NCBI GenBank assembly: GCA_037624485.1
Contig: JASJJC010000009.1
Coordinates: 178,674-242,673, forward strand
Reading direction: 5' to 3'
DNA: 64,000 bases
Source of the DNA: Chitinophagales bacterium
Lineage (GTDB): Bacteria > Bacteroidota > Bacteroidia > Chitinophagales > UBA8649
The notes under the pieces are model-generated. The model was not told the DNA's origin, made no database searches, and saw only the letters and a program-made list of their open reading frames with translations. How positions within the stretch are numbered: the stretch's first letter is position 1; every line of letters begins with the position of its first letter. The translations under genes and the position numbers were made by a program. Shown here one piece after another: positions 8,158-16,974 of this stretch.

Positions 8158-10056
8158 ATGAGTGATTCTATAAAGCACGAATGCGGCATTGCCTATTTAA
8201 GACTTCTTAAACCACAGCAGTACTACATTGACAAGTATGGCACGGCCTCTTATGCCGTAAATAAGATGTACTTGTTAATGGAGAAACAGCACAATAGAGG
8301 TCAAGATGGCGCTGGCCTAGCTTACATTAAATTTGACACTCAACCTGGGGAGCAATATATTAATAGACATAGGAGCGTTAAGCAACAGCCTTTGCAGGAT
8401 ATTTTCAAAAGAGTATTTAAAGAGTTTAATGAAAAAACAAAGAATGTATCAAAAAGTCAATTGAATGCAAGTTGGTTGAAGAGCAATTTATCCTCAGCCG
8501 GCGAAATATTTCTTGGGCATTTGCGATATGGCACACATGGAGGAAACAGTATTCAATCCTGTCACCCATTTATTAGAAAGAATAATTGGAGAAGTAGAAA
8601 TTTGGTCATGGCTGGCAATTTCAACTTAACCAATGTAGATGAGTTGATTAACTTCTTGGTTGAAATAGGACAGCACCCTATCCAAAAACGCGATACCGTC
8701 ACGGTAATGGAAAAAATTGGGCACTATGTAGATCGGGATGTTCAGCGTATTTTTGACAAGTATAAAGCTGAAAATTATGACCACAAAACCGTATCTACTT
8801 TTATTGAAAAAGAATTGGATATAGAAAACATTCTTAGGATGTCTGCGAAGGACTTTGATGGAGGTTATTTAATGGCAGGTCTAGTAGGTCATGGAGACTC
8901 TTTTGTTTTGAGAGACCCCAACGGTATACGCCCAGGATACTATTACATAGATGATGAAATTGTTGTGGTAGCTTCAGAGCGTCCGGCAATTCAAACGACG
9001 TTTAATGTCAATTCTGATAAGGTTAAAATAATCCCTCCGGGTAATGCGCTAATCGTAAAAAAAGACGGGCAAATTTACTTGAAGGAATGTGTTGAACCCA
9101 AGGAAGTTCTTTCTTGTAGTTTTGAGCGCATCTATTTCTCTCGTGGCACGGATACTGAAATTTATAAAGAACGTTTGGATTTGGGTTATCGACTCACAGA
9201 GCGTGTGATGAAAGAGGTGGAATATGATTACGAGAATACCGTATTTTCCTTTATTCCAAATACGGCTGAAGTAGCTTTTTACGGTTTATTAAAAGGAATA
9301 GAAGAGCACATCAATGCACACAAACAAAAAGAAATTGAGAAAAATCCTGAAATAAGGGGTGCTGAACTTAATCATCTACTTAATTTAAGACCACGCGTGG
9401 AGAAAATTGCGGTGAAGGACGTCAAGATGAGAACTTTTATCACCGATGATGCCGCTAGAGATGAAATGGTTTCTCACGTGTATGATATTACTTATGATTC
9501 AATTAATAGAAATACAGACACCCTGGTCATGTTGGATGATTCTATTGTTCGAGGGACTACTTTACAAAAAAGTATTTTATCAATTTTAGATCGTCTGGGT
9601 CCAAAGAAAATTGTTGTCGTTTCATCTGCTCCTCAAATACGGTATCCAGATTGTTACGGAATTGATATGAGTAAAATGCAAGATTTTATTGCTTTTAGGG
9701 CACTATTAGCTCTTTTAAAAGAAAGGGGATTGATGGGTAAAATTGATGATGTTTACCAGAAATGTAAGCACGCTTTAAAAGAAGGCACAGCGAAAGAGAA
9801 AAACTATGTAAAAGAATTGTACGCCTTATTTACAGATGATGAGTTATCTGATAAGATCAGTGAGATTGTTCGACCAGAACATATTTTCTCCAAGGTGAAA
9901 GTTATTTTCCAAACGGTAGAGGGCTTGAATAAGTCTTGTCCAAAAAATTTAGGTGATTGGTATTTCACTGGAAACTATCCAACGCCTGGAGGCAACAAAG
10001 TGGTGAACAAGGCTTTTGTATATTTTGTCGAAGGTAGAAACGAAAGAGCGTATTGA
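8158..10056 (+). CDS. purF: Amidophosphoribosyltransferase (long Bacteroidota-type glutamine PRPP amidotransferase)
   Basis: 632 aa. Short propeptide followed by the Ntn Cys (MSDSIKHE-CGIAYL). PRPP-binding loop DDSIVRGTT. Confidence 0.85.
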   Translation: MSDSIKHECGIAYLRLLKPQQYYIDKYGTASYAVNKMYLLMEKQHNRGQDGAGLAYIKFDTQPGEQYINRHRSVKQQPLQDIFKRVFKEFNEKTKNVSKSQLNASWLKSNLSSAGEIFLGHLRYGTHGGNSIQSCHPFIRKNNWRSRNLVMAGNFNLTNVDELINFLVEIGQHPIQKRDTVTVMEKIGHYVDRDVQRIFDKYKAENYDHKTVSTFIEKELDIENILRMSAKDFDGGYLMAGLVGHGDSFVLRDPNGIRPGYYYIDDEIVVVASERPAIQTTFNVNSDKVKIIPPGNALIVKKDGQIYLKECVEPKEVLSCSFERIYFSRGTDTEIYKERLDLGYRLTERVMKEVEYDYENTVFSFIPNTAEVAFYGLLKGIEEHINAHKQKEIEKNPEIRGAELNHLLNLRPRVEKIAVKDVKMRTFITDDAARDEMVSHVYDITYDSINRNTDTLVMLDDSIVRGTTLQKSILSILDRLGPKKIVVVSSAPQIRYPDCYGIDMSKMQDFIAFRALLALLKERGLMGKIDDVYQKCKHALKEGTAKEKNYVKELYALFTDDELSDKISEIVRPEHIFSKVKVIFQTVEGLNKSCPKNLGDWYFTGNYPTPGGNKVVNKAFVYFVEGRNERAY

Positions 10057-10125
10057 CATCAAAGAAGAAGTGAAGAAAGCTTCCGCATCCCATTGAAAGG
10101 TGAATTTGTATGATACATTGATAAG

Positions 10126-10452
10126 TTATTCTGGAGCTATTTCTAAGGACAATCCATTTAACTCACTATTGATATTTATCTGACAACTTAATCGGCTGTT
10201 CTCTCTCACATGAAAGGCTTCTGATAACATGGCTTCCTCTTCAGCTTCCATTTCTGGTAATGGGTGAGATGATTCGATATAACATTGACAAGAAGCGCAC
10301 ATAGCCATTCCGCCGCAGATACCTATGGTACCCTCTTCTGCTAACTCGTATAAGCGAATAACCTCCATTAAATTCATGGATATATCTACAGGGGCTTTAA
10401 TGCTGTGTGACTTGCCCTTTCTATCTTTAATCAAGATATTTATATCTGACAC
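10126..10452 (-). CDS. [2Fe-2S] ferredoxin, adrenodoxin/putidaredoxin-like
   Basis: 108 aa. Cys pattern C-x5-C-x2-C (CGGMAMCASC) plus a distal RLSCQI Cys. Confidence 0.8.
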   Translation of the reverse strand: MSDINILIKDRKGKSHSIKAPVDISMNLMEVIRLYELAEEGTIGICGGMAMCASCQCYIESSHPLPEMEAEEEAMLSEAFHVRENSRLSCQININSELNGLSLEIAPE

Positions 10453-10454
10453 AT

Positions 10455-11507
10455 CTAATTATTTATGGATTGAATGACTGGTTTTTTTGCTTCCTTTCTA
10501 GATCCATCAAAACCATTAACTCCACTTACAGTTGTATATCTAAAGACATTTTTCTTATCTGGATGTATGATTTTGTGTGCGGATTGACACATCAATGTTG
10601 CCTCATGAAAGCCGCATAAAATAAGTTTCAATTTACCTGGATACGTATTAACATCTCCAATAGCAAAAATTCCAGGAATATTAGTTTGATAATCATAGGT
10701 GTCAACTTTAATTGCATTTTTCTCGACTTCGAGACCCCAATTGGCAATTGGACCTAATCGAGGTGAAAGCCCAAAAAGAGGGATGAAATGATCAGCTAAA
10801 TGCTCTGTTTCAGTGCTATTTGTTGTGATAGTTAAACTTTCTAATTTATCTTTTCCACTAATCTTGGTGACTTCTGCTGGAGTTATGACATTGATTTTAT
10901 TTTTATTTTTTAACTCACGTACTTTTTCAACCGAATCTAGGGCTCCTCTGAACTCATTTCTTCGGTGAACTAGCGTAACGTCAGCATCTATATTTGCTAG
11001 GAAAATACTCCAATCTAATGCGGAGTCACCGCCACCAGCAATAGTAACTTTTTTACCTCTATATATTTCAGGTTCCTTGATTATATATTCAACTCCTTTA
11101 TCTTCATAAAATTCTAGCTTGTCCAAGATGGGTTTTTTAGGCTCAAAACTTCCAAGACCCCCAGCGATAGCTACAACTGGTGCGTGATGTTTTGTTCCTT
11201 TATTTGTTGTGACAACAAAAGTGCCATCTTTCTTTTTTATGATTTCTTCAGCTCTTTCCCCTAAAGTGAAACCGGGTTTAAACTGCTTGCACTGTTCCAA
11301 TAAGTTCTTTGTTAGATCCCCTGCTAGTATTTCAGGAAAACCTGGGATATCATAAATTGGCTTTTTGGGATATATTTCTGAGCATTGTCCTCCCGCTTGG
11401 GGAAGGGTATCAATTAAATGACATTTCAACTTTAACAAGCCTGCTTCAAACACTGTGAAAAGTCCAGTGGGTCCTGCGCCAATAATTATGATATCAGTTT
11501 TAATCAT
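10455..11507 (-). CDS. Ferredoxin-NADP+ reductase, thioredoxin-reductase-like type
   Basis: 350 aa. FAD GxGxxG (IIIGAGPTGLF), GGQCSEIYPKKPIYDIPGFP, and a second dinucleotide fold (TIAGGGDSALDW). It ends 2 nt upstream of the ferredoxin gene. Confidence 0.8.
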   Translation of the reverse strand: MIKTDIIIIGAGPTGLFTVFEAGLLKLKCHLIDTLPQAGGQCSEIYPKKPIYDIPGFPEILAGDLTKNLLEQCKQFKPGFTLGERAEEIIKKKDGTFVVTTNKGTKHHAPVVAIAGGLGSFEPKKPILDKLEFYEDKGVEYIIKEPEIYRGKKVTIAGGGDSALDWSIFLANIDADVTLVHRRNEFRGALDSVEKVRELKNKNKINVITPAEVTKISGKDKLESLTITTNSTETEHLADHFIPLFGLSPRLGPIANWGLEVEKNAIKVDTYDYQTNIPGIFAIGDVNTYPGKLKLILCGFHEATLMCQSAHKIIHPDKKNVFRYTTVSGVNGFDGSRKEAKKPVIQSINN

Positions 11508-11539
11508 CTATAAAATTCTGAGGGAGTAAATTTAGACTG

Positions 11540-11547
11540 CAAAAATA
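11540..11547 (-). promoter_or_regulatory. Candidate -7 promoter box (TATTTTTG on minus strand) for the FNR-ferredoxin operon
   Basis: Plus-strand CAAAAATA, 33 nt upstream of the FNR start. A second match, CAAACTTA, lies at 11548-11555. Confidence 0.3.
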
Positions 11548-11786
11548 CAAACTTATATAATTAATAGACTTGTTTGATTAATAATTTTGACTTTATAACA
11601 GTTAAAATTATTCTTTTATCTGTCAATATGACTTTTTAAAGAGAGTATTTTGTTTTAACATATTTGTCATTTTTTAAAGATTTAAACCGATGACATCACT
11701 ATCCTAAATATCATTTCAACTTTAATAAAAAGTTAATTATTTTTTATAAAAGCTCAACATAAGCTTGTTTACTGCAATTATAAGTT

Positions 11787-11794
11787 TAAATTTG
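11787..11794 (+). promoter_or_regulatory. Candidate -7 promoter box (TAAATTTG) for the OmpA-family gene
   Basis: Exact TAnnTTTG, 26 nt upstream of the ATG at 11820. Confidence 0.4.
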
Positions 11795-11819
11795 CTCATT
11801 AATTATAATATTTAAGGCT

Positions 11820-13745
11820 ATGAGAAATTTATTTACATTATTTATTTTCATCTTCATTTCATGCGGTGCATTTGCACAAGAAGCTGAAATCAATGAAAAA
11901 AAGACTAAGAAAAAAAGCAAAAGTTCTGACGTTCAAGAGTCTTCAGATGAAAAAGTAAACGATAAAAAGGATGATGCATCTGTTTTTATTGGCGAACCGG
12001 AAGATGGCACATACTCACTCGAAAGTCGTAGAGCAATATCTTCCCCTTCAATGCCTCTTTATAACATAGAACAAAAGTTTAACGATAAAAAGAAAAAGAA
12101 AAAGCAGCAGGACGCATATCTGAATGATGATTATTACTTTCCAGCAAAGCCTAAGAATGCATGGCAAATAGGAATTAGAGGTGGAATATCTCAAGTTAAT
12201 GGTGATATTAATCAAGCATTCTTCAAGGGTAGTAAGCATTCCATTCCAGGCTATACATTTGGAGCAACAGTCATCAAACCATTTTCATACATGTTCTCCA
12301 TGCGTCTCAACTATGACTTTATGGAGATGTGGAATCAAGATTGGCAGCAGTCTCAATTAACGGAAGATTTGATAAGGGGAACTGATTATAATTTAGCTAA
12401 TTATATCAACAATAATCCCAATGGAAGTCAACAATTAATTTATCACAACTCTCATACCGTGGCGCATGATTTGACGATGGATGCCGTTGTATCGTTTGGT
12501 AATATCCGCTTTCACAAGGAACGTTCAAAATTTGTTTTTAATACCTTTATTACCGGGGGTGGTTTTATTTATCAAACTTGGTATGATCATTTAGATGCTA
12601 ATGGCGATCCGTATGACTATGGTAGTATCACCTCAATTGCTGATGGAGCGAGTAAAAAAGAAGTTTTACAGGAGTTAGATGCAATGAGAAATGGGGTTTA
12701 TGAAACACTAGCTGAAGGGCATCCGGATTCTAAAAATGGTAGTTTCATTAATAATTACAGCTTTAGGCCTGTTTTCGGAGGTGGTGCTGGTTTTACGCTC
12801 CGTCTCAACAGAGTAATGAATTTTGATTTCCAAGTGAGAATGATGTTTACTAGAGATGACCTGGTTGACGGTCATAGATGGCAAGAGCCAGATGGAAATT
12901 CGACGGTGAATTTACCAACACGTTATGGAAGAGGTAAGGTTCAAACAAGTAGAGGTCTGACAAGAAGTTATGATACTTATACCAATACAACAATGGGTAT
13001 AACCTTTAAGTTGGTAAGTAAGAAGAAGACTGAATCTACAACATTGCTCAATCCAATACATTACACTTATCAGAAGATTGCTGAAAATGATCCAGAGAAG
13101 GCAATTCAAGAGTTGCTCATGGATGATGATAAAGATGGTGTTCCAAATAGATTAGATCAAGAAGAAAATACGCCAGAGGGAGCTCCGGTTAGCCCGAAAG
13201 GAATTGCTTTAGATAGTGATGCTGATGGAATTATCGATTTGAATGATGATGAGCCATTTTCGCCACCGGGATTGCCTGTTAATTTAAAAGGTGTAGCTCA
13301 ATTGCCGCCTTCTTGTTGTGATGAAATGATGTCGGTAGCATGCAGTAATGTTCTTCTTCCATCCGTTCATTTTGATAAGGATAAATTTAATATCAAACCT
13401 GAATTTTATGCACATCTTCATGTTTTGGCTTCTAAAATGGCTGATTGCCCAGACTTAATTATTCGAGCTACTGGAATGACGGACAAAGATGACAATCAGA
13501 AATATAATGAGCAATTATCTTGGAACAGATCTAATGCGGTTATAGATTATTTAACTGAGAAATATGGCATTAACAGAGATAGATTTATTGTGAAGTTTTC
13601 TGGAGAATCTAACGCTGAAGGTTCTTCAAATATCGAACAGTATAAAGAACGTAAAGTTTCTTTAGAACAGGCTGATGCTGATGAAGTTGGTGAGAGCAAC
13701 CCTGCACCTCCTCATCCAGGGCTGAAAGCTGGAACGAACGATTAA
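11820..13745 (+). CDS. OmpA-family outer-membrane protein with thrombospondin type-3-like Ca-binding repeats
   Basis: 641 aa. Signal peptide and Lys-rich low-complexity N-region. D-rich repeats (DDDKDGVPNRLD, DSDADGIIDLNDDEP). C-terminal OmpA domain (NEQLSWNRSNAVIDYL). Confidence 0.75.
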   Translation: MRNLFTLFIFIFISCGAFAQEAEINEKKTKKKSKSSDVQESSDEKVNDKKDDASVFIGEPEDGTYSLESRRAISSPSMPLYNIEQKFNDKKKKKKQQDAYLNDDYYFPAKPKNAWQIGIRGGISQVNGDINQAFFKGSKHSIPGYTFGATVIKPFSYMFSMRLNYDFMEMWNQDWQQSQLTEDLIRGTDYNLANYINNNPNGSQQLIYHNSHTVAHDLTMDAVVSFGNIRFHKERSKFVFNTFITGGGFIYQTWYDHLDANGDPYDYGSITSIADGASKKEVLQELDAMRNGVYETLAEGHPDSKNGSFINNYSFRPVFGGGAGFTLRLNRVMNFDFQVRMMFTRDDLVDGHRWQEPDGNSTVNLPTRYGRGKVQTSRGLTRSYDTYTNTTMGITFKLVSKKKTESTTLLNPIHYTYQKIAENDPEKAIQELLMDDDKDGVPNRLDQEENTPEGAPVSPKGIALDSDADGIIDLNDDEPFSPPGLPVNLKGVAQLPPSCCDEMMSVACSNVLLPSVHFDKDKFNIKPEFYAHLHVLASKMADCPDLIIRATGMTDKDDNQKYNEQLSWNRSNAVIDYLTEKYGINRDRFIVKFSGESNAEGSSNIEQYKERKVSLEQADADEVGESNPAPPHPGLKAGTND

Positions 13746-13770
13746 AGAGCTTTTAAACTCCAAATTAAAA

Positions 13771-13798
13771 AGGCATCACTCAATAGTGATGCCTTTTT
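13771..13798 (+). terminator. Rho-independent terminator after the OmpA-family gene
   Basis: Perfect 10-bp stem AGGCATCACT/AGTGATGCCT, 4-nt loop, then a T-run. Confidence 0.75.
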
Positions 13799-13909
13799 AA
13801 TTTGCTTATGATTTTCACTGATAGTTCTTCAAAAGTCTTTCTTTCTTTTATTTGGACACTTTAGGTAATTTTTGTGAATAACATTTAACGTTTCTAATTA
13901 AAATATTTT

Positions 13910-13917
13910 TAGATTTG
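13910..13917 (+). promoter_or_regulatory. Candidate -7 promoter box (TAGATTTG) for the TonB-dependent receptor
   Basis: Exact TAnnTTTG, 23 nt upstream of the ATG at 13940. Confidence 0.4.
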
Positions 13918-13939
13918 CTTTAACCAAATTTAACAATAA

Positions 13940-16765
13940 ATGAAAAAAGTCTACTTATTACTCATATGTATCCTAGGTATGTACGGATTAATAGCACAAT
14001 CGGTCAATGGGACTGTAACTGATGAAAATGGAGATCCTCTCTTTGGAGTTAATGTGATTGAAAAAAATACTTTTAATGGCACTACTACAGATTTTGATGG
14101 GAAATATACGTTAGCCTTAACGTCGGAGAAACCTTCGGTAGTTTTTAAGTTTGTGGGGTATCGTGACAAAACGGTTGTCTTCACTGGAGCTAAGATTAAT
14201 CATCAAATGAAGGTGGATGCAATAGGCCTAGATGCGGTCGTGGTTTCTGCATCTAAAAGAAAAGAAAGATTACTGGATGCACCTGCTTCTGTGACTTTAA
14301 TTAGTTCAGAAAAGATTCAGAATACTGCTGCTGTAGTAGCAACGGATAATTTAAAAAGTATTCCAGGAGTGGACATAATTCCCACAGGCCTAGTTTCGGC
14401 AAATGTCGCTGTGAGAGGATTTAATGGTATTTTTTCCGGCTCTATGTTGACTATGGTTGATAATCGTATAGGTCAGGTCCCTTCTCTTAAGGTTAATGCT
14501 TTTCAGCTAATGCCAGGGTCAAACGACGATATCGAAAGAATCGAGATTGTACGTGGACCGGGTTCAGCTTTGTACGGACCAAATGCTGCGGATGGTGTTA
14601 TGCATATCATAACGAAGTCACCATTAGATATTCGTGGAGATCATAATACTGAAACTACAATAAGCTTCACCGGTGGAAGTCGAAGCGTTTGGGCACCAAA
14701 CATTCGTCATGCACAAAAACTAAGCGATAAAGTGGGCTTTAAAATTTCTGGGGGCTACATGCAAGGGCATGATTTCCCTAACTATGACCCTAGGGAACCT
14801 ACTCCAGGTACTAATTTTGTCTTCGGAACGGTTAGAGATGGTGTAAAATTTGAAGTTGATTCTGCTGCAGGTTTGCAGACATTTGATAGAGATTTCTTTA
14901 TTCAGAAATATAATTTTGATGCAAGGATTGACTATGCGGTCAATAAGGATGTTGATTTTACTTTTAGTGGAGGTTATGCCAACACAACCAACCTAGAGCT
15001 TACAGGTTTGGGCGGTGCTCAAGGCGTAGGATGGGGTTATACTTATGCACAGGTAAGAGCGAGATATAAAAGCTTGTTTGTTAACTATTTTATGAATTCT
15101 AGTAATTCAGGAGACACATACCTCATTAGTCAACTAGATGGAAGTGAGCCTCAACCTTATCAATTCCAAACTTTGCTCGACAAGTCAAAACTTCATGGGA
15201 TTCAGATTCAACATAATTCTAGTATTAAACAATTAGTTGATTTTACATATGGTTTCGATGCAATTTTGACACGTCCAGTTTCGGATGGTACTATTTACGG
15301 TAGATATGAAGATGATGATGCTATCAATCAATTGGGTGTATATGGTCAAGCGGAATATCATATATCAGAAAAATTTGATCTTCTAGCGGCTTTAAGAGGT
15401 GATTACCAAGATAGAATTGGTGAGTTCTTCCTATCCCCTAGGGCAGCGATTGTATATAAGCCATCTAGTCGCCACACTGCACGTTTAACTTATAACCGAG
15501 CATTTAGCGCACCTTCAGCCTTAAATACTGCATTGGATTTACCGCAATTATTTGTCCCTAATGGTATTACTGCAAGAGGTTTAGGTAATCCTTCTGGCTT
15601 CAATTTTAATTATGGTTCAGACGGCTTCGCACAGTTTAGAAGTCCATATGATAATGGGTGGTATGATGTTGCTGATTTATCTAACAATCATGTACATTTT
15701 GACGGCTTTTTAAATTCTTTATCTAATCTAATTGCAACTACCTTATATGGTACAGATTATGATGCTGCGCAGTTTGATTTTGTTAAGGGTGATTTGGTTT
15801 CATTAACAGGCGATTTATCATCAGCTTCTTCTTCTTTGAATAATAACGTAGAAAGAAAGGTGATTGATTTTATCAGTAATGAAGAGTTTGATTATACGCA
15901 AATTTCAGATTTGGAATCGATTAAGAGTACAGTGACACAGACGATGGAGATAGGTTACAAAGGAATTATTAAAGATAAATTTTTCTTGTCTGCTGATTTG
16001 TATTACACAAGAATTGACAATTATGTTAGTCCATTATCTCCTGCCTCTTATCGAGTGTTGTTTGATGATGATCAATTAGCTCAAGAGTTGGTTCCTGTTT
16101 ATCAGAGCAACGCGGGAACTACACAATCTGGTATTATAGAGGGTGCATTGGCTGGTTTAGCAGGAGAGGCGGGAGTTTCAGTCGGCGAATGGCTTGTTGG
16201 AGCTATGCAAGGTTTTTCACTAGGAACAGTTGCTCCAGAAGATGATTTAGTTAATTCTGATTTGATCTTGACCTACATTAATCTCGGAGAAGTTGACATC
16301 GCAGGTGCTGATTTAGGGGCTACTTATGTTGAGAATTTTAAAGAAAGTACGCTTAAAATTTCGGGAATGTTTTCTTTTATGAATAAAGATAGAATTTCGT
16401 TAGCAGGAGCCTCAGGAGGTTATATTGCTTTGAATGCGCCTAAGTACAAGACCTCACTTGCTGTTGAAGGATTAAATATTGGAAATACAGGTATTGGTGC
16501 CGGTATTAATTGGAGATGGCAAGATGCCTTCCCTGCAAATTCTGCGGTTTACGTCGGGGAAGTAGTTGCTGCAAATCTTATTGATTTGAGTATATCCTAC
16601 AGACCAAATTTTTCAAAGAATACGATCTTGAGTGGTACATTCTACAATATAACAAATAATGAATTTCAGCGTTTTCCAGGAACACCTTTCATCGGTTTTT
16701 ATACAATGATGAAATTGTCACATACTTTCAAGTATTCCATTGGAGGCAAGAAAAGCAAGAGCTAA
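13940..16765 (+). CDS. TonB-dependent receptor with N-terminal carboxypeptidase-regulatory-like domain
   Basis: 941 aa. Signal peptide, CarboxypepD_reg-like segment (VNGTVTDENGDPLFGVNV), plug domain (IERIEIVRGPGSALYGPNAADGVMHIITK) and a long beta-barrel. Confidence 0.8.
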   Translation: MKKVYLLLICILGMYGLIAQSVNGTVTDENGDPLFGVNVIEKNTFNGTTTDFDGKYTLALTSEKPSVVFKFVGYRDKTVVFTGAKINHQMKVDAIGLDAVVVSASKRKERLLDAPASVTLISSEKIQNTAAVVATDNLKSIPGVDIIPTGLVSANVAVRGFNGIFSGSMLTMVDNRIGQVPSLKVNAFQLMPGSNDDIERIEIVRGPGSALYGPNAADGVMHIITKSPLDIRGDHNTETTISFTGGSRSVWAPNIRHAQKLSDKVGFKISGGYMQGHDFPNYDPREPTPGTNFVFGTVRDGVKFEVDSAAGLQTFDRDFFIQKYNFDARIDYAVNKDVDFTFSGGYANTTNLELTGLGGAQGVGWGYTYAQVRARYKSLFVNYFMNSSNSGDTYLISQLDGSEPQPYQFQTLLDKSKLHGIQIQHNSSIKQLVDFTYGFDAILTRPVSDGTIYGRYEDDDAINQLGVYGQAEYHISEKFDLLAALRGDYQDRIGEFFLSPRAAIVYKPSSRHTARLTYNRAFSAPSALNTALDLPQLFVPNGITARGLGNPSGFNFNYGSDGFAQFRSPYDNGWYDVADLSNNHVHFDGFLNSLSNLIATTLYGTDYDAAQFDFVKGDLVSLTGDLSSASSSLNNNVERKVIDFISNEEFDYTQISDLESIKSTVTQTMEIGYKGIIKDKFFLSADLYYTRIDNYVSPLSPASYRVLFDDDQLAQELVPVYQSNAGTTQSGIIEGALAGLAGEAGVSVGEWLVGAMQGFSLGTVAPEDDLVNSDLILTYINLGEVDIAGADLGATYVENFKESTLKISGMFSFMNKDRISLAGASGGYIALNAPKYKTSLAVEGLNIGNTGIGAGINWRWQDAFPANSAVYVGEVVAANLIDLSISYRPNFSKNTILSGTFYNITNNEFQRFPGTPFIGFYTMMKLSHTFKYSIGGKKSKS

Positions 16766-16789
16766 TCGCATTAATAATAAGATTAAAAA

Positions 16790-16818
16790 GGGCTATTCTG
16801 AAAGGAATAGCCCTTTTT
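16790..16818 (+). terminator. Rho-independent terminator after the TonB-dependent receptor
   Basis: Stem GGGCTATTC/GAATAGCCC followed by TTTTT. Confidence 0.75.
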
Positions 16819-16961
16819 AATTTAACTCGTATGACCTTTAGATTAAGGTAAAAAAGATGTTGTTCTTCTTTAAATTTTCGTATTTATTATAGTTTTACTT
16901 AATGGTGGATTTCTTGGGGATAAATTAGACAAAATATTTTTTGATTTTAATTCTTACTTGT

Positions 16962-16969
16962 TATTTTTG
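16962..16969 (+). promoter_or_regulatory. Candidate -7 promoter box (TATTTTTG) for pyc
   Basis: Exact TAnnTTTG ending only 5 nt before the pyc ATG (16975). This implies a very short or absent 5' UTR. Confidence 0.3.
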
Positions 16970-16974
16970 TTGAA

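Noticed and set aside
11621-11695. Recurrent TGTCA/TGACA half-sites in the 312-bp AT-rich FNR/OmpA divergent spacer: GTCA-ATA-TGAC at 11622-32, and TGTCAT-N19-ATGACA at 11665-95.
   Set aside because: The arms are only 4-6 bp long in very AT-rich DNA, the spacing is inconsistent, and there is no associated regulator gene. This is compatible with chance.
16729-16765. The TonB-dependent receptor continues 11 residues (KYSIGGKKSKS) past the expected terminal aromatic residue (…KLSHTF).
   Set aside because: This is a short basic tail of uncertain significance. It could be a genuine minor extension, and there is no frameshift or fusion evidence.
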